A stretch of DNA of 64,000 nucleotides, taken from Anthoceros angustus. Its lineage: Eukaryota > Plantae > Anthocerotophyta. Shown in pieces: positions 63,601 through 64,000 of this stretch. The stretch spans positions 372,001 through 436,000 of the forward strand of contig MU008155.1 of assembly GCA_010909165.1 (NCBI GenBank). Reading direction: 5' to 3'. A model generated the notes under the pieces. It did no database searches and was not told the origin of the DNA. It saw nothing but the letters and a program-made list of their open reading frames with translations. How positions within the stretch are numbered: the stretch's first letter is position 1; every line of letters starts with the position of its first letter. The position numbers were made by a program, and so were the translations under genes.

Positions 63601-64000
63601 CGTCCTCTACCCCGTCGCCACCGCGAACGCTGCCGCCGCCATCGCCGCCCACGCCCGTGTCCTCGCTCCGCCCAACGGATCCGCGCGCCTGCAGGTGGCC
63701 CCATCCCCACAAAACAACCGCATCGAGCCACCGCCGCCTTCTTCGTTCCATGCTCAATGATGTTCCCCCCCCTCCTTTCCTTAGCCTTTGCCCGCGACCC
63801 CAACCCCAACCCCAATTCACGCCCGCTCTCACGGGTCTTGCATCGACCGGACCGCGATTGAAGTTCTAATGTCCCTTCACCCAGTGGTTTCGCCGACTTC
63901 GCGCCCTCGGCGTCGTCGGAAGCGGTGGTCTTGCTCTGCCCGATGACCCGCCATGGCTCCACGATTTCCACAACTCGACCGTCGGGGAGAATGGAGTGTC
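57650..64000. repeat. Nested tandem repeat array built from overlapping ~0.43-1.66-kb re-copies of one template; runs off the window
   Basis: Marker aagaggttaagggctctccatgtc at ~58177, ~59117, ~60085, ~61746; marker cacgttgaagagaaacacgagactc at ~59579, ~60561, ~62203; marker gcgattgaagttctaatg at ~63420 and ~63854. Confidence 0.9.

Noticed and set aside
57500-64000. rRNA genes or individual ORFs in the terminal array
   Set aside because: No 18S/5.8S/25S/5S sequence recognised; ORF frames differ between copies and show no RT, integrase or transposase motifs that I can identify.

Overview
Gene-dense eukaryotic nuclear DNA with short (~65-130 bp) introns from a non-flowering land plant, most likely a hornwort or a similar compact bryophyte/lycophyte genome. 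This is inferred from a flavodiiron gene (absent from angiosperms), a DUF4795/QRICH2-like putative flagellar gene and PLS-class PPR genes. In order: a PLS-PPR gene with two N-terminal OSB-type PDF ssDNA-binding motifs (runs off the left edge, with frameshifts); intron-containing tRNA-Met(CAT); a CRE-like retrotransposon remnant; a UBC23/24-like E2 lacking the catalytic Cys; a vacuolar invertase with the 9-nt DPN mini-exon; MLF-family, SERF/ZNF706-like, IAR1/ZIP7, coilin, Fes1, ankyrin and DUF4795 coiled-coil genes; a PPR relic; FLVB; two methylesterase paralogues flanking EMB1703-like, TRM4/NSUN2, a GAD fragment and a type I MADS gene whose 3' part is tandemly duplicated (1946 bp). The last ~8.4 kb is a GC-rich tract followed by a nested, microhomology-joined repeat array. 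The most novel-looking element is the PDF-PPR fusion. Exon boundaries were read by eye; all family calls come from recalled motifs, not database searches.
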